Shown in pieces: positions 22,962 through 36,971 of a stretch of 64,000 nucleotides of DNA (position 1 is its first letter; each line of letters starts with the position of its first letter). The position numbers and the translations under genes were made by a program. The notes under the pieces are model-generated. The model was not told the origin of the DNA, made no database searches, and saw nothing but the letters and a program-made list of their open reading frames with translations. Source of the stretch: Microthyrium microscopicum (Eukaryota); the NCBI GenBank assembly GCA_010405405.1, contig MU004235.1:634538-698537 (forward strand). Reading direction: 5' to 3'.

Positions 22962-25515
22962 ATGGAACAATTACAACACTTGACGCGGCGTGGAGCCAGC
23001 ATTGCTCTTCGATCTGTTGCAGAACCACTTTCGCTGGTCGAAAGATCCTTAGATACGCAACTTCACACTCTTATCGCACGAGTCAATATCAAAACCAATA
23101 AAACGAGCCCAGCGGGTCTCATACAAGCCAACACCGTTGATCCATTCAACAAGAGCGGAAAATATGGTCTCATCTGGGTGTACTTTGGAATCTTTTTCCT
23201 GACGACAACATCATTCTTATATTTTTACCATGCAATCACGGATCGAATACGGACGGCCATGCATGAGGACGAGGTACTTACTGGATCTCTAACATCCTCT
23301 CCGAGCACCGACTTTGAGATGACAGCACTAAAAACTGACAAGTCCACCAACCGTTTCTTTCCACGCGATGATGTCGACGCCGAATCGCAGTTTACAAAGA
23401 TGCCAGGCTTCTGGAGTTTCCGTCCAGTCTTGGTAGCTGTAGCTGTATTTCGATTTGTCTTTTACCGGCCAGCTCCAGTGATTCGAGTACGAAAATCATG
23501 GGCTCCAATTACGTTACCTGCGTTCAGTACAGTCTCCTTTGCGCTATTGGGGGTACTTGGATCGATTCTATATTGCTTCCTTCCGCAACCATTATATTGG
23601 CAAAGTTTGGCATTTGGATCGCCTCCTTTGGCTATCAGATCAGGAATGATGGCGGTATCTTTGATGCCATGGATTGTCGCATTGGCTATGAAAGCTAATC
23701 TGATATCTTGGCTCACTGGAATTGGTCATGAACGACTCAATGTGCTACATCGATGGGGAGCGTATCTCTGTCTTTTGTTGAGCTTGATCCATGCAGTCCC
23801 GTTTTATGTGCAGAAAATATGGGATCCTGCTGGATATGCGCAATGGACGACATACTTTAACACTCAGGGATTGTACATCTTTGGCACAGGTGAGTTTCCC
23901 AATCCAATACCAATCTGTAAAACTAATTCGTCTAGGTATTGCTGCTTTTGCTCCATTGGCTTTCCTTTGCATCCATTCACTACCGATTTTACGTCGCAAG
24001 GCATATGAATTGTTTGTGACACTACATGTTCCCGTAGCTTTCGTCTACACTGGTATGCTATTCTGGCATTGCAGAAACTTTCTGTCCTCCTGGCAGTACC
24101 TGTACGCGACAATCGCAATCTGGGCCTCGTCTTATTTTGCTCGTGTCTTCTTCCTCAACTGGGCTAAACCTACACGGGTATCATTTCTAGCAGGAGAAGA
24201 AGCTTGGGTCACAATGATGCCAGAAAACGCAGTCCGAGTTACCGTCGCAACTCAAGTACGATGGAAGCCAGGCCAATACGTATATCTACGAATGCCTGGC
24301 GTTGAAATTTTTGGAAACCATCCATTCACAATCTCATCACTGTGCAGCGATGATCTGCCTTCAGACATGGGCGAAGAATACCGCGACATGGCTCTCGTAT
24401 TCCGACCATTCGGTGGCTTCACAAAAAGAGTCATGGACAGCGCATTGTCCAAGGGGCCATATCACACCTACCGCGCATTTGTAGACGGCCCATATGGCGG
24501 CCTCAAACGACGCCTCGAATCGTTCGACAAAGTCATTCTTATTGCTGGCGGAAGCGGCATTACTGCAATAGTCAGCCACATTCTCGACCTCATTAAACGC
24601 ATGCGCGATGGCAAAGCCATCACGACAAGCATCCACGTAATCTGGGCCATGAAACGCCCCGAAATCCTCGAATGGTTCAAAGAAGAACTGCGCATCTGTC
24701 GCGAATCCGCACCACCAGAGAGCGTCAAATGCCAATTCTTCATCACCGCCGCCAAACGCACACAACCCAAAACATTCCGCATGACCGCACAAACCACCCA
24801 GGACCACATCAGCACCTACTTCCGCGACACCATCAACGACACCTTCCAAGGCATCGCCGACAAGCGCGCATCATACATGAGCAAGCGCAACTCCGCCTAC
24901 ATCCGCGACGAAGCAGACGGCGACTTTGATCTCGAAAAAGCCCTCCGCGAAGAAAACGAAGACACCGTCACCGCCCTCCCAAAAGCCCACCTCGAACCCG
25001 CCAACAAAGTCCCCTCCGCGCCCTCCCATGTCCGCAACTTCTCCCACCCACTCTCCTCCGACGACGGCTCCTCCTCCGACGAAGAAGAAATCGCGCCCGC
25101 GCCCAAACGCCAGTCCAACGGCGGACGCGACCTCGCACTAGACATTCAGACCGCGCTCGCCGCCTCACCAGGCGCGCACTTTGACAGCAATGCTGCCGAA
25201 GACGCGCCGCAACACTTTACTTTTGGCTTTCCATCCACGCCAACGGAATTCCAAAAGAATCTCATGCGCTTCGCCTTCCTGCCCGCCGCGCGCCAAGCAA
25301 ACGACGGCTGGACGACGGAGTATGGCCGCCCAGACCTACCGTATATGCTGCGAGATATGGCAGATGACTTTGGCAAGCGGACGTGTGTGTTTGTCTGTGG
25401 ACCGCCCAGTATGCGCATAGCCGTGAGTAAGACGGTAGCGGATATGCAGAGGTATGTGCTGGGTAGTAAAGAGGTTGAAGAGATATTTTTGCATACGGAG
25501 AATTATGCGCTCTAG
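22962..25515 (+). CDS. Ferric/cupric reductase transmembrane component (FRE family); intron ~23891-23936
   Basis: Heme histidines in LHRW...LIH and TLH...FWH, FAD motif HPFTI, VDGPYGG, NADPH motif IAGGSGIT, VCGPPSM and C-terminal LHTENY. Confidence 0.95.
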
Positions 25516-26409
25516 AAATTGGATGGGACGGGATGGAAGGGGATGGATGGAGGAAAGAGATACCCCAGGGTGATGAATGTTTATGATGCATATACCCAAC
25601 TCACATTTGGCCTCGAAGCATGGAGGCTGCTTTTCCTTTTTATTATTGCTAGCAATGTCATACGAGTTCCTGTGAGGAGTCGTCAATTATTGTAATATAA
25701 CTTAGTTGTCGCTTCATCCTTAGAGGGTGAAATAGCAATACAAGAACTATACAACAATCACGTCCAGTGTCGCTTTGGTGATGAGGTTGCATCCTAATTC
25801 TCCCCAAACCCATATAGCGGTGAGAAAAACAAGCAGTTTGTAACAACCTTATGGTGTGAATAAAGTTATGGTGGTACAGACTACTGTATGAGCTCCACCA
25901 TAAGCACAAAAAGCAAGCCGAAAGCTGGACTGAGGGTGGTCTCGTGCACAATTTGACCGAATTGAATTAGTAGTCTCTCTTACATTTTGTCCTTTCCATC
26001 CAAGCAGGACACTGATATTGATAAAAAGTTTGTTGTAGGCGGAAACTATCAGCATAAAGCTCGCCATGTTCCAAGCTTAAATCTTTTCTGATAGCAAACA
26101 CCATCGCAAATTCGGTCAGATTCGAGCTCGTAATAGAAGTAAAAAGCAAAAGAATTCCAAAAAGTGGTATTTGCAAAACGCCAGAAGCCGCGAGGCCTGT
26201 CCCAAAAGTTGTAATAGTGGTATCGTAGAATAATTTTCGCCGTGAGGCATCTTCCATGTAAATCCGTTTTGGTGATGTATGTGTTTGAGAGGGTATATCG
26301 TTCCTCACATGTAGACACTTCTCTTTCATGTCCATATAGCAACCGTAGTTCGGGAAGCCAGTCTCCGTCAATATGTGTATCGTTTGTCCAGCTGATTGCG
26401 TGGTAGAGG

Positions 26410-26914
26410 TCATATCCTCCTATCCAACGCTTCAACACGCGCTCTCATCCCCTTAACAATCTCTCCTATACGCGCAACTTTCTGCCACTCCGTCTGCAGC
26501 TCATCGATCTGTTGTAGTATTTGTTGATAGCGCTCAATTTCCGCATCCGCGTCCTGTACTGCCGAGTATGCGCGCATCGACTGCGCTTGTGTTGCTACTT
26601 GTGTCTGCTGGTAGAGCTGTACACCACGCACATTAGCAATTGACTCTTGTAAGAACTATGCTTAAGAGTTCTGCTTCTCTGAGCAGACGTACCATATTCC
26701 ATTGTTGCTGAATCGCCACAATCAACCGGTCAAAGTGTGCACTCAGCGCCGCCAAACTACCTGCATCCAGCAACAACCGTCCCTGCGAAGAAGCTTGACT
26801 AGCCGCTCGCGATGATCCAGCTAGCGCGACGTGCTGGTGGTGTCGTAGGAGCTGTACTTCGGCAGCAGTCAAGCCGAGCTGCGAATCGGGGATAGAGGCG
26901 GGCGGACTGGCCAT
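26410..26914 (-). CDS. CNL1: BLOC-1 subunit CNL1-like small coiled-coil protein (2 exons)
   Basis: SQLGLT..E.Q.LR...SRAAS.ASSQG.LLLD..SL..L..HFDRL spliced to ADAEI.R...IL.QIDEL..E..K...I.EIVK..R.RVE.LDRRI. Confidence 0.7.
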
Positions 26915-28237
26915 TGGGCTTGGCAATTGGAGCGCGTATGATGATCAGTGACGGTGACGGTGGACAGCGGGTGTCTGGATATGATTGTGCGGTCCATAAT
27001 GGCATGCGTGGTGGAGATGGGCGTGTTCATTGTCGTCGCATGGTCACAAGCGGCGGCGATGGTGAAGGGCGTGCGGGAAAGGTGAGGGTAGTGGTGTTTG
27101 ATTGATGTTTGCTATGGAGGAAGAAAAGGCGGACCAGCGCTGGGAGAGAGGTTCCTCAGGGGAATTGAGGATGGGAAGGAGTTGCGTGGGAGTGGGAGGT
27201 GGAGGGTGGGTTTTGGATTGGCTTTATTAGATGTTAATTGCGCATGTACCCAGGGGAGGAGAGGTGGGTCGAGCTTTCTTTCTTTCCTTCTGGATGTCTT
27301 TTGCTACGACACCACCAGATTGGCTCTGAAGCTATTCCTAAACACTTCTGGCTTCAATATGGACCAGACTGATGGGTACACGTGTACCAGGCGAGCAGAA
27401 TAACCGCATCAGTAGCCGCTGGAATTGCTGAACTCTAGCAATTGGGCTATCAACCATGAGGTACGATGATTGAAGCGACACCAATATTCAATGCCACGAA
27501 TGCCCAACAGCCGCATTTCACAATCAGAAGCTGCTCGGTGCATAAATCAAATGCCAAACCGATCAACCGGGTCTCTGGAACAACACCAATCGTTTTCTGC
27601 GATTGCAAAACTCAACGAATAATGGACCATGACAGGCATGTTACATGCGCTTGCCAGCCATGGTTCTGGTTCATCAATCTATCCGACGCCCCATGCTTGT
27701 ACTACTTCACTTGGGCCTGCAATTGTTTGGGCGTGAGACTTTGTCTTGTGGTATCACTTGTCGCTTTGAACAGACCAAATGTAAGGTAAGGCTGTCCTAA
27801 AGTAAGTACATTGAGATACGAGCTACTTCTCGTCAAGTACCTTTCGGTCATATGGCATCTTAATACCCTATCGAAATCTAATACCACAATACTATACACT
27901 GAACGACATGTCTTGAATTACTTTGGAGGTAGATGGCAATATCCTATCTAGACCATCATGTGACGGATAAGTCTTTGTTCCGTATTTGATAATGCTGTGT
28001 ACCCATCTCGAGCCATATGCGGATTGAAGACATGCATGTCATTCGTCTTCATGCCTAAAGAGCAGATTTGAGCCTTTGATCATCAGGTAGAAAGTCGTGA
28101 GGTGCTACAACAGGGCGAATGACTGGATATATGCGATGTTCTTCAAACAAGTTACTTGATTGAGCATGTCCTCGCTACCTATGCTATTTCATAATGCTAC
28201 GTAAACGCCATCGCTATGCGTATCGACAGTAATGTAA

Positions 28238-30073
28238 TCATGCAGTTCTGAGTCGCTTCTCCGGTGGCTCACCATTAGTGTTGTTATCCGCTGGCGCAAC
28301 CCATTTGGGAGACACTTTAGCCTCAGGAATATGCTTAGACACTGAGAAGAAGAGGATATCGTTCTTGATTTCCCGTTGAAAAAGGCGTTCAAGCTCTAGG
28401 ACTTTCTTCGACTTGATTGGCTTGACGCGCTCTTCTTTGGTAATGGCCTTTTCATCCTCGTCTTCATGAGCGCGTTTGGCGACTCGCTTGTGTGCTTCGT
28501 CATCATTGTCATCATTAGATCCGAGTAGTGATGCGAAGAGGCCCTTTCGATGTTTCTTGACCTTTTCTTCCTCTCCATCCTGACCCGCCTTCTTCTGCTT
28601 AGCATCGTCATCTTCTTCATCGACTTCCTCCTCTTCGGTAAAGTTCCACATGAGTGAAAGCTCACCACGTACCAGCGCAGTTCCCCAGAGCGATATGAGA
28701 ACACCAGGTACTAGGTACAGTAGAGCAGGCTGAGGATGTTCCGACACATGCATGGCAACGAGAGTGGTGATCATGCCTAAGACGTAGCCTATAATGCTTG
28801 CATTGAAGTACGTTTTGGAGAAGCGTCCGGCATCAGGAATCTTGAATGACGCCGGCAATTGGAAACCAAATCTCGAAGAAGTCCAGAATTGATTTGACCA
28901 CTGCTTAGATGGCGAGACGTAGGAAGCTTTGATAACGGATCCTGGCTTGGCTGCTGTGAGCTCCTTACCAGTGGCATCCGCCTTGGTTTCGGTATCGATT
29001 GTCGCCGCCTTTTGTTTTCGTAGGTAATGCAGATACAGATCGTATCGTAGTGCCAGTCCCATGACAATACCAGGGAGAACAATATCACCAAGACCGAGCA
29101 TTGAGAATTGTTGCTTCGCTGGGTCCTCAGTCGGGCGTGGAAATAGCAACTTGACTGGAATATCGAGATTCTTAGCCACGGTAACCATCATTGGAGTGAA
29201 GAACACCATGTAAATGTCGTAGAAGAACAGACCAACGAGGACCAGGCTGCCAGTGTTGAAAGTGGTTGGTGAAATTATCTGTAGTGCTGTATAGGAGAAT
29301 GAGAAGCCCATGAGGTTCGTCAGATACCATGGCTTGTCCACAAAAGTAAAGTACGCCACCAACGCACATCCTTCAATGAAAGAAGTGAGCTTGTATAGAT
29401 TGATATTGCTCCGTACGGCGACCAAGTTGTGGATGTAGAATTTGACAATCGCTCCAGACTGAGGAATACCTCGAATTTTCCAGAGCAGGTTGCGCAAGGC
29501 GGCTGGCAGAGGCAGATGGGACAATAGGCCGGGCAAAGGAGTTGTCTTGGGGCTTTTTTCATCCGGCGAAGAGTAGGGAACGACCTGTTTCTCATTCTGT
29601 TTGACAAGCCAGATTCTACTTCCATCCGAGTAGAAAGATGGAAAGATGAGAGTATGCAATAGATGCTTGGAGTCTGACAGAAACATGATAGTTCCGTATA
29701 AGCCGGCAAGTCCCATGTACCAGTTCATGATTCTATTTAACAGATCCTTGTCCCATTTGAGCAAGAAGTAGAGAGACGTAAGAGCGACACCTGCAGATAG
29801 AGGAAAGATGATGGCATCTGTTGGAGAGAGACCCTCCATGCGAGGTTTTGATTCGTCATCTTCGTCCTCATCTTCCAGAATGAGGAGTTTTTTTTCCTCT
29901 TTAGTTGGTTTGGCAGCTGAAGATGGTCGCGATAATGAAGCATGAGAGGCGATGTAGATGGGAAACAAAGCTGCAAGAATGATATGGATGTAGGTCGGTA
30001 TCAGATCCTGAACTTCTGCGAATTCGTAGGCAGCCTTGCCAACGATGCGCGCCAGGAATCCGGGCTCATCCAT
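28238..30073 (-). CDS. Signal peptide peptidase (peptidase A22B, intramembrane aspartyl protease)
   Basis: Catalytic FYD and LGLGD motifs, QPALLYLVP, and multiple TM helices. Confidence 0.95.
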   Translation of the reverse strand: MDEPGFLARIVGKAAYEFAEVQDLIPTYIHIILAALFPIYIASHASLSRPSSAAKPTKEEKKLLILEDEDEDDESKPRMEGLSPTDAIIFPLSAGVALTSLYFLLKWDKDLLNRIMNWYMGLAGLYGTIMFLSDSKHLLHTLIFPSFYSDGSRIWLVKQNEKQVVPYSSPDEKSPKTTPLPGLLSHLPLPAALRNLLWKIRGIPQSGAIVKFYIHNLVAVRSNINLYKLTSFIEGCALVAYFTFVDKPWYLTNLMGFSFSYTALQIISPTTFNTGSLVLVGLFFYDIYMVFFTPMMVTVAKNLDIPVKLLFPRPTEDPAKQQFSMLGLGDIVLPGIVMGLALRYDLYLHYLRKQKAATIDTETKADATGKELTAAKPGSVIKASYVSPSKQWSNQFWTSSRFGFQLPASFKIPDAGRFSKTYFNASIIGYVLGMITTLVAMHVSEHPQPALLYLVPGVLISLWGTALVRGELSLMWNFTEEEEVDEEDDDAKQKKAGQDGEEEKVKKHRKGLFASLLGSNDDNDDEAHKRVAKRAHEDEDEKAITKEERVKPIKSKKVLELERLFQREIKNDILFFSVSKHIPEAKVSPKWVAPADNNTNGEPPEKRLRTA

Positions 30074-30423
30074 TTTGATGGTTGAAATTCGATAGATGCG
30101 GTTTTCAAACCAGCTTGACCCAGGCTGACGAGCAGTTCAAATCGCGAACCTTGTCGCCTATTTGGACTTGTGGAGTGAGTGTTATTGAAGTTGGAGGTGC
30201 ATGATTTTCAGATGTTGAAGAAGACAACAAACGATCAAGGACAGAAGTCGCAGTAACAGGGGTAAGACGCTAGGCCAGATTGAGGCTTAGTCATCGCTAG
30301 CAACTGCTCGGCTTCGACTCTCCCACTTGACTGTCACCAGTTACTACTTACATTTATCACACCTTTGTCTGTCGTGTATTTTGCCCATTACTGTGCGGAA
30401 TCTCTGCTAGACAGTTAGCCAAC

Positions 30424-32109
30424 ATGGATCTCAACAGTCTCAAAAACGCCGTGAGCAATCTCACGCTCTATGATGTCAAAGCAGGAGTACGATCGCTCCA
30501 AAATGGTGGGTTGGGTTAGCTGTTGATCGGAACGATGTCGCTAACTTGAATAGCTGTTATGAACTATACTGAGATGGAGGCCAAAGTTAGAGAAGCCACG
30601 AACAATGAACCGTCAGTTGCTGAGCATTGAACCGAAGTGCTCTGCTAACTAGATATAGCTGGGGTGCTTCCTCCACCATGCAGCAGGAAATTGCCAATGC
30701 CACTTTCAACTAGTACGTACTTACGATACATCACATTGCCAAATGCTAATTGAAGCAGTCAACTCCTCAACGAAATTATGCCCATGATCTACCATCGATT
30801 CACTGAAAAGACAGCCGAACAATGGCGCCAGATATACAAGGCCCTTCAACTTCTCGAGTTTCTTATAAAGAATGGTTCAGAACGAGTCATAGATGATGCA
30901 CGATCTCACCTTTCGCTGCTGAAGATGCTAAAGCAATTTCACTTCATTGATGCGAATGGCAAGGATCAGGGCATAAACGTACGCAATCGAAGCAAGGAGT
31001 TGACAGAGCTACTATCCGATGTCGAGAAGATTCGGTCAGAGCGCAAGAAAGCTAGAGCGAATCGAAGCAAATACAGCGGACACGAAGGGGGTGGAGGTCT
31101 TGGACCTAGCAGCAGTGGTCAATACGGTGGCTTTGGAAGCGAAAGTTCCGGCGCGGGATATGGAAACTATGACGGTCGAGTTTATGGCGATGGTGGAGGA
31201 TTTGGAGGCGATACTGGAGGAGGAGATTTTCGCGATACACAGGCCCGAAGAGACAATTACGAAGAGTACGATGAATTCGATGATGGAGCTGCGTCTACAG
31301 GACGAAAGGCAACTCAACCTCCACCAAAAGCATCTTCATCAAGACGAGAAACCAAAAAGGCGGAACCTCCAAAGCCAAAAGAACCGGAAGTAGATCTATT
31401 CGATTTTGGAGACGAGCCTCTCGCACCTCCCACATCATCAAAGGCACCGGCAACTACATCATCTGGTCTTGACATCTTACAATCGGCAGATGATGAGGAC
31501 GACTTTGACGATTTTCAATCGGCGCCAGTACCAGCTCCTGCAGGCTCCGGTTTCTCCATGGCTCCTCCAAGCGCCCCATCAACAGCAACGATGAATACTC
31601 AATTTGCCGCTCCTCAACCAGTTTCTGCAACTCAAAACCAAAGCTTCAATAATATCTTCTCAACAGTCTCACCTCCTCCTCGTACCAGCACCGCGGCATC
31701 TACTACCTCCAGCGCCATCCTATCTCCCGGTCTTGCTCCACAATCGGCAGGCTTTCAATCCGCTCAACCAAACTACTTCACGCCAGTCCCATCCAACCTT
31801 CCTTCCACTCAATCAAGACCAAGCGTCGCAACAACTCCAGGTGGTCTAGGTAAGCCCATCGCATCGAACAAAATTGGTGGCGCACCCAAGAAAGCTGGCG
31901 GTGATGCATTTGCAGGTCTTCTTGGAGGAATGGGAGCCAAGAAGGCAGAAGCGCCTACGGGCAAGGTCACCATGGCCGACATGGCCCGTCAAAAAGCCAG
32001 TGCTGGTATTTGGGGAGCAGGAACACCCTCCGCTGCGTCAACACCAGGAGCGAAACCTGCCCAAGGACAGCAGAAGCTTGGTGGTGGACTGGACGATTTG
32101 TTGGGTTAG
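30424..32109 (+). CDS. ENT3: Epsin-related ENTH domain clathrin adaptor Ent3 (three 5' introns)
   Basis: Spliced N-terminus MDLNSLKNAVSNLTLYDVKAGVRSLQNAVMNYTEMEAKVREATNNEPWGASST, then EQWRQIYKALQLLEFL, DQGINVRNRSK, and DLFDF / DDFDDFQSA motifs. Confidence 0.95.
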
Positions 32110-34098
32110 TGATAGTATCATGTTGGCGTTGAAAGGCAAGCGAGGGTGCTAAAATTATTTGTATCTTGCTTGATTTATGGCATGGCGGGTTTATGAATCG
32201 AATACAAATTTGTTTGGGTATACTATACGCAACAATGAGATCTCTAGTAGTCTACTCATATCATTAAACTTGACCCTCTAAAGTACATAGCATCTACAAC
32301 CTGAGGTCGGCATACGGGTGAATCCACACCGTCGCAACCAATGAAATAGCAAATCACAATATATTCTCCTACAAAGCTACCATTGGCGGAGAGAGACCGT
32401 GGGAAAGACATCGATCGGTATACTTATCATCCCGCATCCGCCTCCCGTTACACACGCTACTCTTTATTTTTATTATTCACGCACCGCATGATGTCGTCGT
32501 GTGCGACAAGCATCTCCACTACTTCTCCAGGCTCCAGGTTAACTCGGGCATCCGGCTAACCAAAACCAGTTGAGTGCGAGCTCGTGGCAAGAGCCGACGA
32601 TCGGGTACGGTTTTTCTTGTTTTACCAGGTTTACCAGCCTTGCACTTGCTGGATGGTTAGTATGAGCATCATCGAGGGGCACGTGGAGGGGAAGATAGTG
32701 AAGTTTCCTGGTCCGTATCCACGTATCGCAGCAAGCTGTCACAAATAATAATGGCTCGGCGATTTTTTGGGCACGTTTGGGTGGACAACTGGGAGGTGCG
32801 CTACTTTGTTATCGGTCGGTATGGAGGGAAGGTACTTGAGTCTGTGAGTCTGACAGGTCCAGAGCGAGGTACATACCTAGAGTAGTAGAGGACTCGTCGC
32901 ATCTCGGCTTTGAGGTTATGCATGATGACCGCACCGATATCTGGGGTTGCGGAAATAGCCTCTAGGGCGATTGCTGGTATCCAGGTTGAATGGGTTGTTG
33001 TGGGGTTACTTTTACTACTGGGGGATGTTATCCGCAAGATCTGAATATTCAAGCTTACTACAACTTCCAATAATGTCGGCAAGTATAGAATAACTTATCG
33101 TATATTCTCATCAAGGCAGCCAAGGCTGGTGGTAAGGCTGAGAGGTGAAGAGTTGAAGCTGTCAAAAGTCAAAACGTGCGGTACCCGATACCCACGTTTC
33201 TCTTGGCTACAGGACATAATATGTCACTACTATGTCTGCCATGGACTTGGTAAACGGCGTAACGACATTTGGGGCAATGGGGCAGTGCAAGGATGGATGG
33301 CAACGGATATGCAGATTCAATGTTCAAACAGTACTGTTTGACAAAAAATGACGCGGCATACTGCTGATGACCACCAGATGAAGGAATTGATCGCGAGATG
33401 CATATGTGCCGTTTGCGGGCAGTGGTAGTGGCAGTAATCCTGGTGGTGGTGGAAAAGGGGAAAAAGCAATGGGTTGGGGGCATTTTTTAGGAGGAGATTT
33501 GATGTTTGGTAGCGGAGACTAAGAAGCTCGGATTGCGTGGCACACAGAATTGGTTAGTGCTATACGATTATACGAAGGCCGGGTACCCGAAAGCGAGGCT
33601 TAGAGACACGAGTAGTTGCGGTAGGTAACTGGACAAGATGCAGGAATACTGGTGGTGATCTTGGAAATTTGGAGTGTTTTTGGGTGAATTGGGTGAGGTT
33701 GTGGGTCTTTAGGGGTCTGACAGGTTGTTAGTGCTTGGTGGAGAGTAGTTGACTCGCTAATTGCTGGCGTTGAATGGATCTTAGGGTCCATGCGCCCCGT
33801 TTGCAGTGCAGACTTCCCAAGACTTCCTTCAACTCTGACGGCCGGCCTTTTCTTTCCCTATCTTCACCAGCCTCTTACCTCTCTTCTTCTTTGTCTCTCT
33901 CTCTACTCGCTTTAATCATCCTTCTCCCTTTCTTCCACTACATCGCGCTCTTATACAGTGTTCATGTCGTCCTCATCCACGGCTTGATCTCCACGCGTCC
34001 TGCGCCAACCTCTTACCCTATCCGCCCTTCTCAACAACCTTTAAACAAGTCTCGCGCTCCCTATCCACCCTTAAACACGACCACATTCACCCGTCGCC

Positions 34099-35390
34099 AT
34101 GCGGAAAGGCATACTCATCTTTTGCCTTGTCAACTTGTGCACCGTCACATATCTCGTCTACAACGTCTGGACCCTTCTCTCTCTCCTCGTCGTCACCGGC
34201 GCCGACGATGCCATCTCGCGCGCTGAGCTACCGGGGCCTAATTCCGACGCCGATTTATTCAATGGTCGACCACAACTTATCCCCAAGATAATACATCAAA
34301 CATATGCGAATACAAGTTTGCCAAAACATTGGCGGGATGCGCAGCAGAGCTGCTTGGATCTTCACGAAGACTACGAGTATAAGGTTTGTGGCTTTGAAAC
34401 AGCTTGGCTTGCCCAAGAGTTATGCCGCCAGGGCTGACAAGACTTTTAGCTATGGACCGACAAGAGCGCAAGAGAATTCATTGCCTCAGAGTATGTTTCT
34501 GCTTTCTTAGTTCTCTGCAATTGTACTAACAATCATCCCAGATATCCTTGGTTTCTCGAAACGTTTGACGGCTACCAATTCCCAATTCAACGCGCCGATG
34601 CCATTCGATACTTTGTTTTAGCTTTCTATGGTGGAATTTACATTGATCTGGATGATGTATGGACTACTCCAGGGATTGTTTGTTTTGTGTACTGATTTGA
34701 GCGCAGGGCTGCCAACGTCGTCTCGATCCCCTTTTGACCTATCCCGCTTGGGTTCGACGAACCTTGCCCACCGGTATCTCCAACGATGCCATGGGAAGCG
34801 TACCTCACCATCCTTTCTTCCTCAAAGTCATTGACTCCCTACCACGCTATGACCGTAGCTGGATCCTTCCATACATAACTGTAATGGGCTCCACTGGCCC
34901 CTTATTCCTCTCCGTCATATGGCGCCACTACAACAGTGCTGGTCCAGTTGAAGAAGCAGATCGTGTCCGCGTACTCTTTCCCGACGAGTACAGCAAACAC
35001 TCCTGGTCCTTCTTCCGTTATCATATCGGCAATTCCTGGCATCAGAAGGATGTCCAGGTAATTCTCTGGGTAAGCACCCCTGCCTTTTGGCCACTCTTGG
35101 TGGCTGTGCCGGCATCGTCGGCATTATATATTGAACCTTTTATTAACTTTACTGCGCCTCAGATGTCTCGTAATTGGATATTCCTTACTTTCCTTGGTTT
35201 TTTCACTGCAGGACTTGTTTTCACCGGCTTGTGGTGGGCCTATGGTCGCCTACTACTCTCCGGCAGCCCCAAGGGCCAACAATTTCGCAGAAGGTTACCT
35301 TTCTGGCGTCGCTTTAGCTCGAAAAAGAACGACGATATCTCACATTATGAGCTATTACGGCACTACGACCAAGACCGGCTAGAAGCATAA
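34099..35390 (+). CDS. SUR1: Mannosyl phosphorylinositol ceramide synthase Sur1/Csh1 (GT32), multi-exon
   Basis: Motifs IPKIIHQT, IQRADAIRYF, GGIYIDLD (DxD), PTGISND, HPFF and STGPLFLS, with N- and C-terminal TM segments. Confidence 0.95.
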
Positions 35391-36971
35391 TCTGACGATA
35401 TCGGTCGTCATCATCATACTGCATTGGAAACGGCGTTATCTCCTCCTTTTTTGTTGGCTTTTCATCAACCATTATTTTGCACATATTCTCTGCATCTACC
35501 TCTTGCCCATCCAGCATGGAGTTTCTTTTTTCCGGGACGGAATCCAGCCTTCACTTGGTTTTTTACATCTTCTAATGGGGAGCCACTGCATTTGGATTTG
35601 TTTTGGCTTCTCCAGAAAACTTGGAACTATGTTTCCAATCTTGCACGCCCTAGCGCCTTTTGTGCGTCTTTATTCTCATCATTGTCGTCCCAGACACCTC
35701 ACATCACATCCTATCTTCCTTATTCATCATATTACTCGCTTTTTGTCATCTCCGCGTTGTAAGCGAGTTGCGAGTCAACCGTTTGTTCCAAACTTATGGG
35801 ACCTCACGCACACCATGTTAATATTTTTTATATAATTACCTACCTACAGACAACCTCTACTAGCTTAGAGGCAGTGGAGTTTGTTCGAACGTAGATAGCG
35901 ATAAGGCATGGCCTACTAGAGGCTGCAAGGAGAATATCATACTTCCTGTGACTCAATTAAATACTTATTGCTGTCGCTTTGATTTTCTTTGTGATATATT
36001 TGACCTATATGACAGACCTTAACTCTTCCGCTGCAAGACCGCTTATGATCTCCATCGCAGATATCTCACTGCCTGCTAACTAAGGCACCCGATAACAGAG
36101 CGAAGCGGATAGTAGACATCCGCACTCAGTGGGAGTATATACTGTGTCCAAATACGTGTACTCTAACATACCGCTGACTTTTTTTCTGATACAGCGTACG
36201 TCTGATATGCGCATTGAGGTGCGCGTCAATGAACGTAACTGGGAATGGGCCCTAGGTTCGTGATGGAAATAGCATACTTCAGCCACAGGGCTTGTTGAGG
36301 ATTTGATATGATCTGCCAATGTGCGATACTAGGGCCAGCGAGCCGGGCCGCGAGGCTATATTGGGATGTTATTATACGAGAGCATAGTGAGGTTGTGATA
36401 TATGGCAAGGAAGAAGGTTGAGATTATCTCATGGCATGGCACACCAAACCAGGAATGGCTGATATGGGAGCGTCAAAATTACTTTTCATGATATGTATAT
36501 GCACTAGAGAGATCACGAATGGAAATGTAGAGAGATAATTAGTTTGACAAAGACTCGGTTTGAATTGGTTTGTATCAATGTGAATAACAAACAGGTGTGT
36601 CGGTCCCGCAGTTGCTCTGTCCCTCCTCCGAATAAACTCCCCAGTGATTTTTTTGATTGGTGTGGCAGGAACAAAAAGGTCTTCAAAGACCATTTCTTTC
36701 AGTGATGAGAAGAGTGGTCGGTGTTAGAAGAGTTTTGCTGCGGTTGCCCAGTTCCAAGAAACATTCTTTGTGCCCAGCAATTGATGATGGTCCCCCTCAA
36801 TTGAGACAACCGTCATGAAACGCAAAAACCATGCCCAAGCAAGCTCGATACAGTTGACTGTTAGTCTGTCGTAAGAGACGCGATGTTGATGATTTTGAGA
36901 GGATTCATGATGGTTGATGAGTTGTGTCGTGTGACGTCGTCATGAGTGGTGCTTTGCTGGCCGCGAGACGT

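Noticed and set aside
25517..25555. GGAT-like short repeats after the FRE stop
   Set aside because: Ordinary low-complexity 3'UTR.
25967..26438. Two overlapping ORFs directly after CNL1
   Set aside because: No motifs; most likely 3'UTR or intergenic chance ORFs.
32200..33800. Telomerase RNA or snRNA candidate (Sm-like ATTTTTTG at ~32762)
   Set aside because: I found no TAACCCTAA template and no U1-U6, RNase P or MRP signature by eye.
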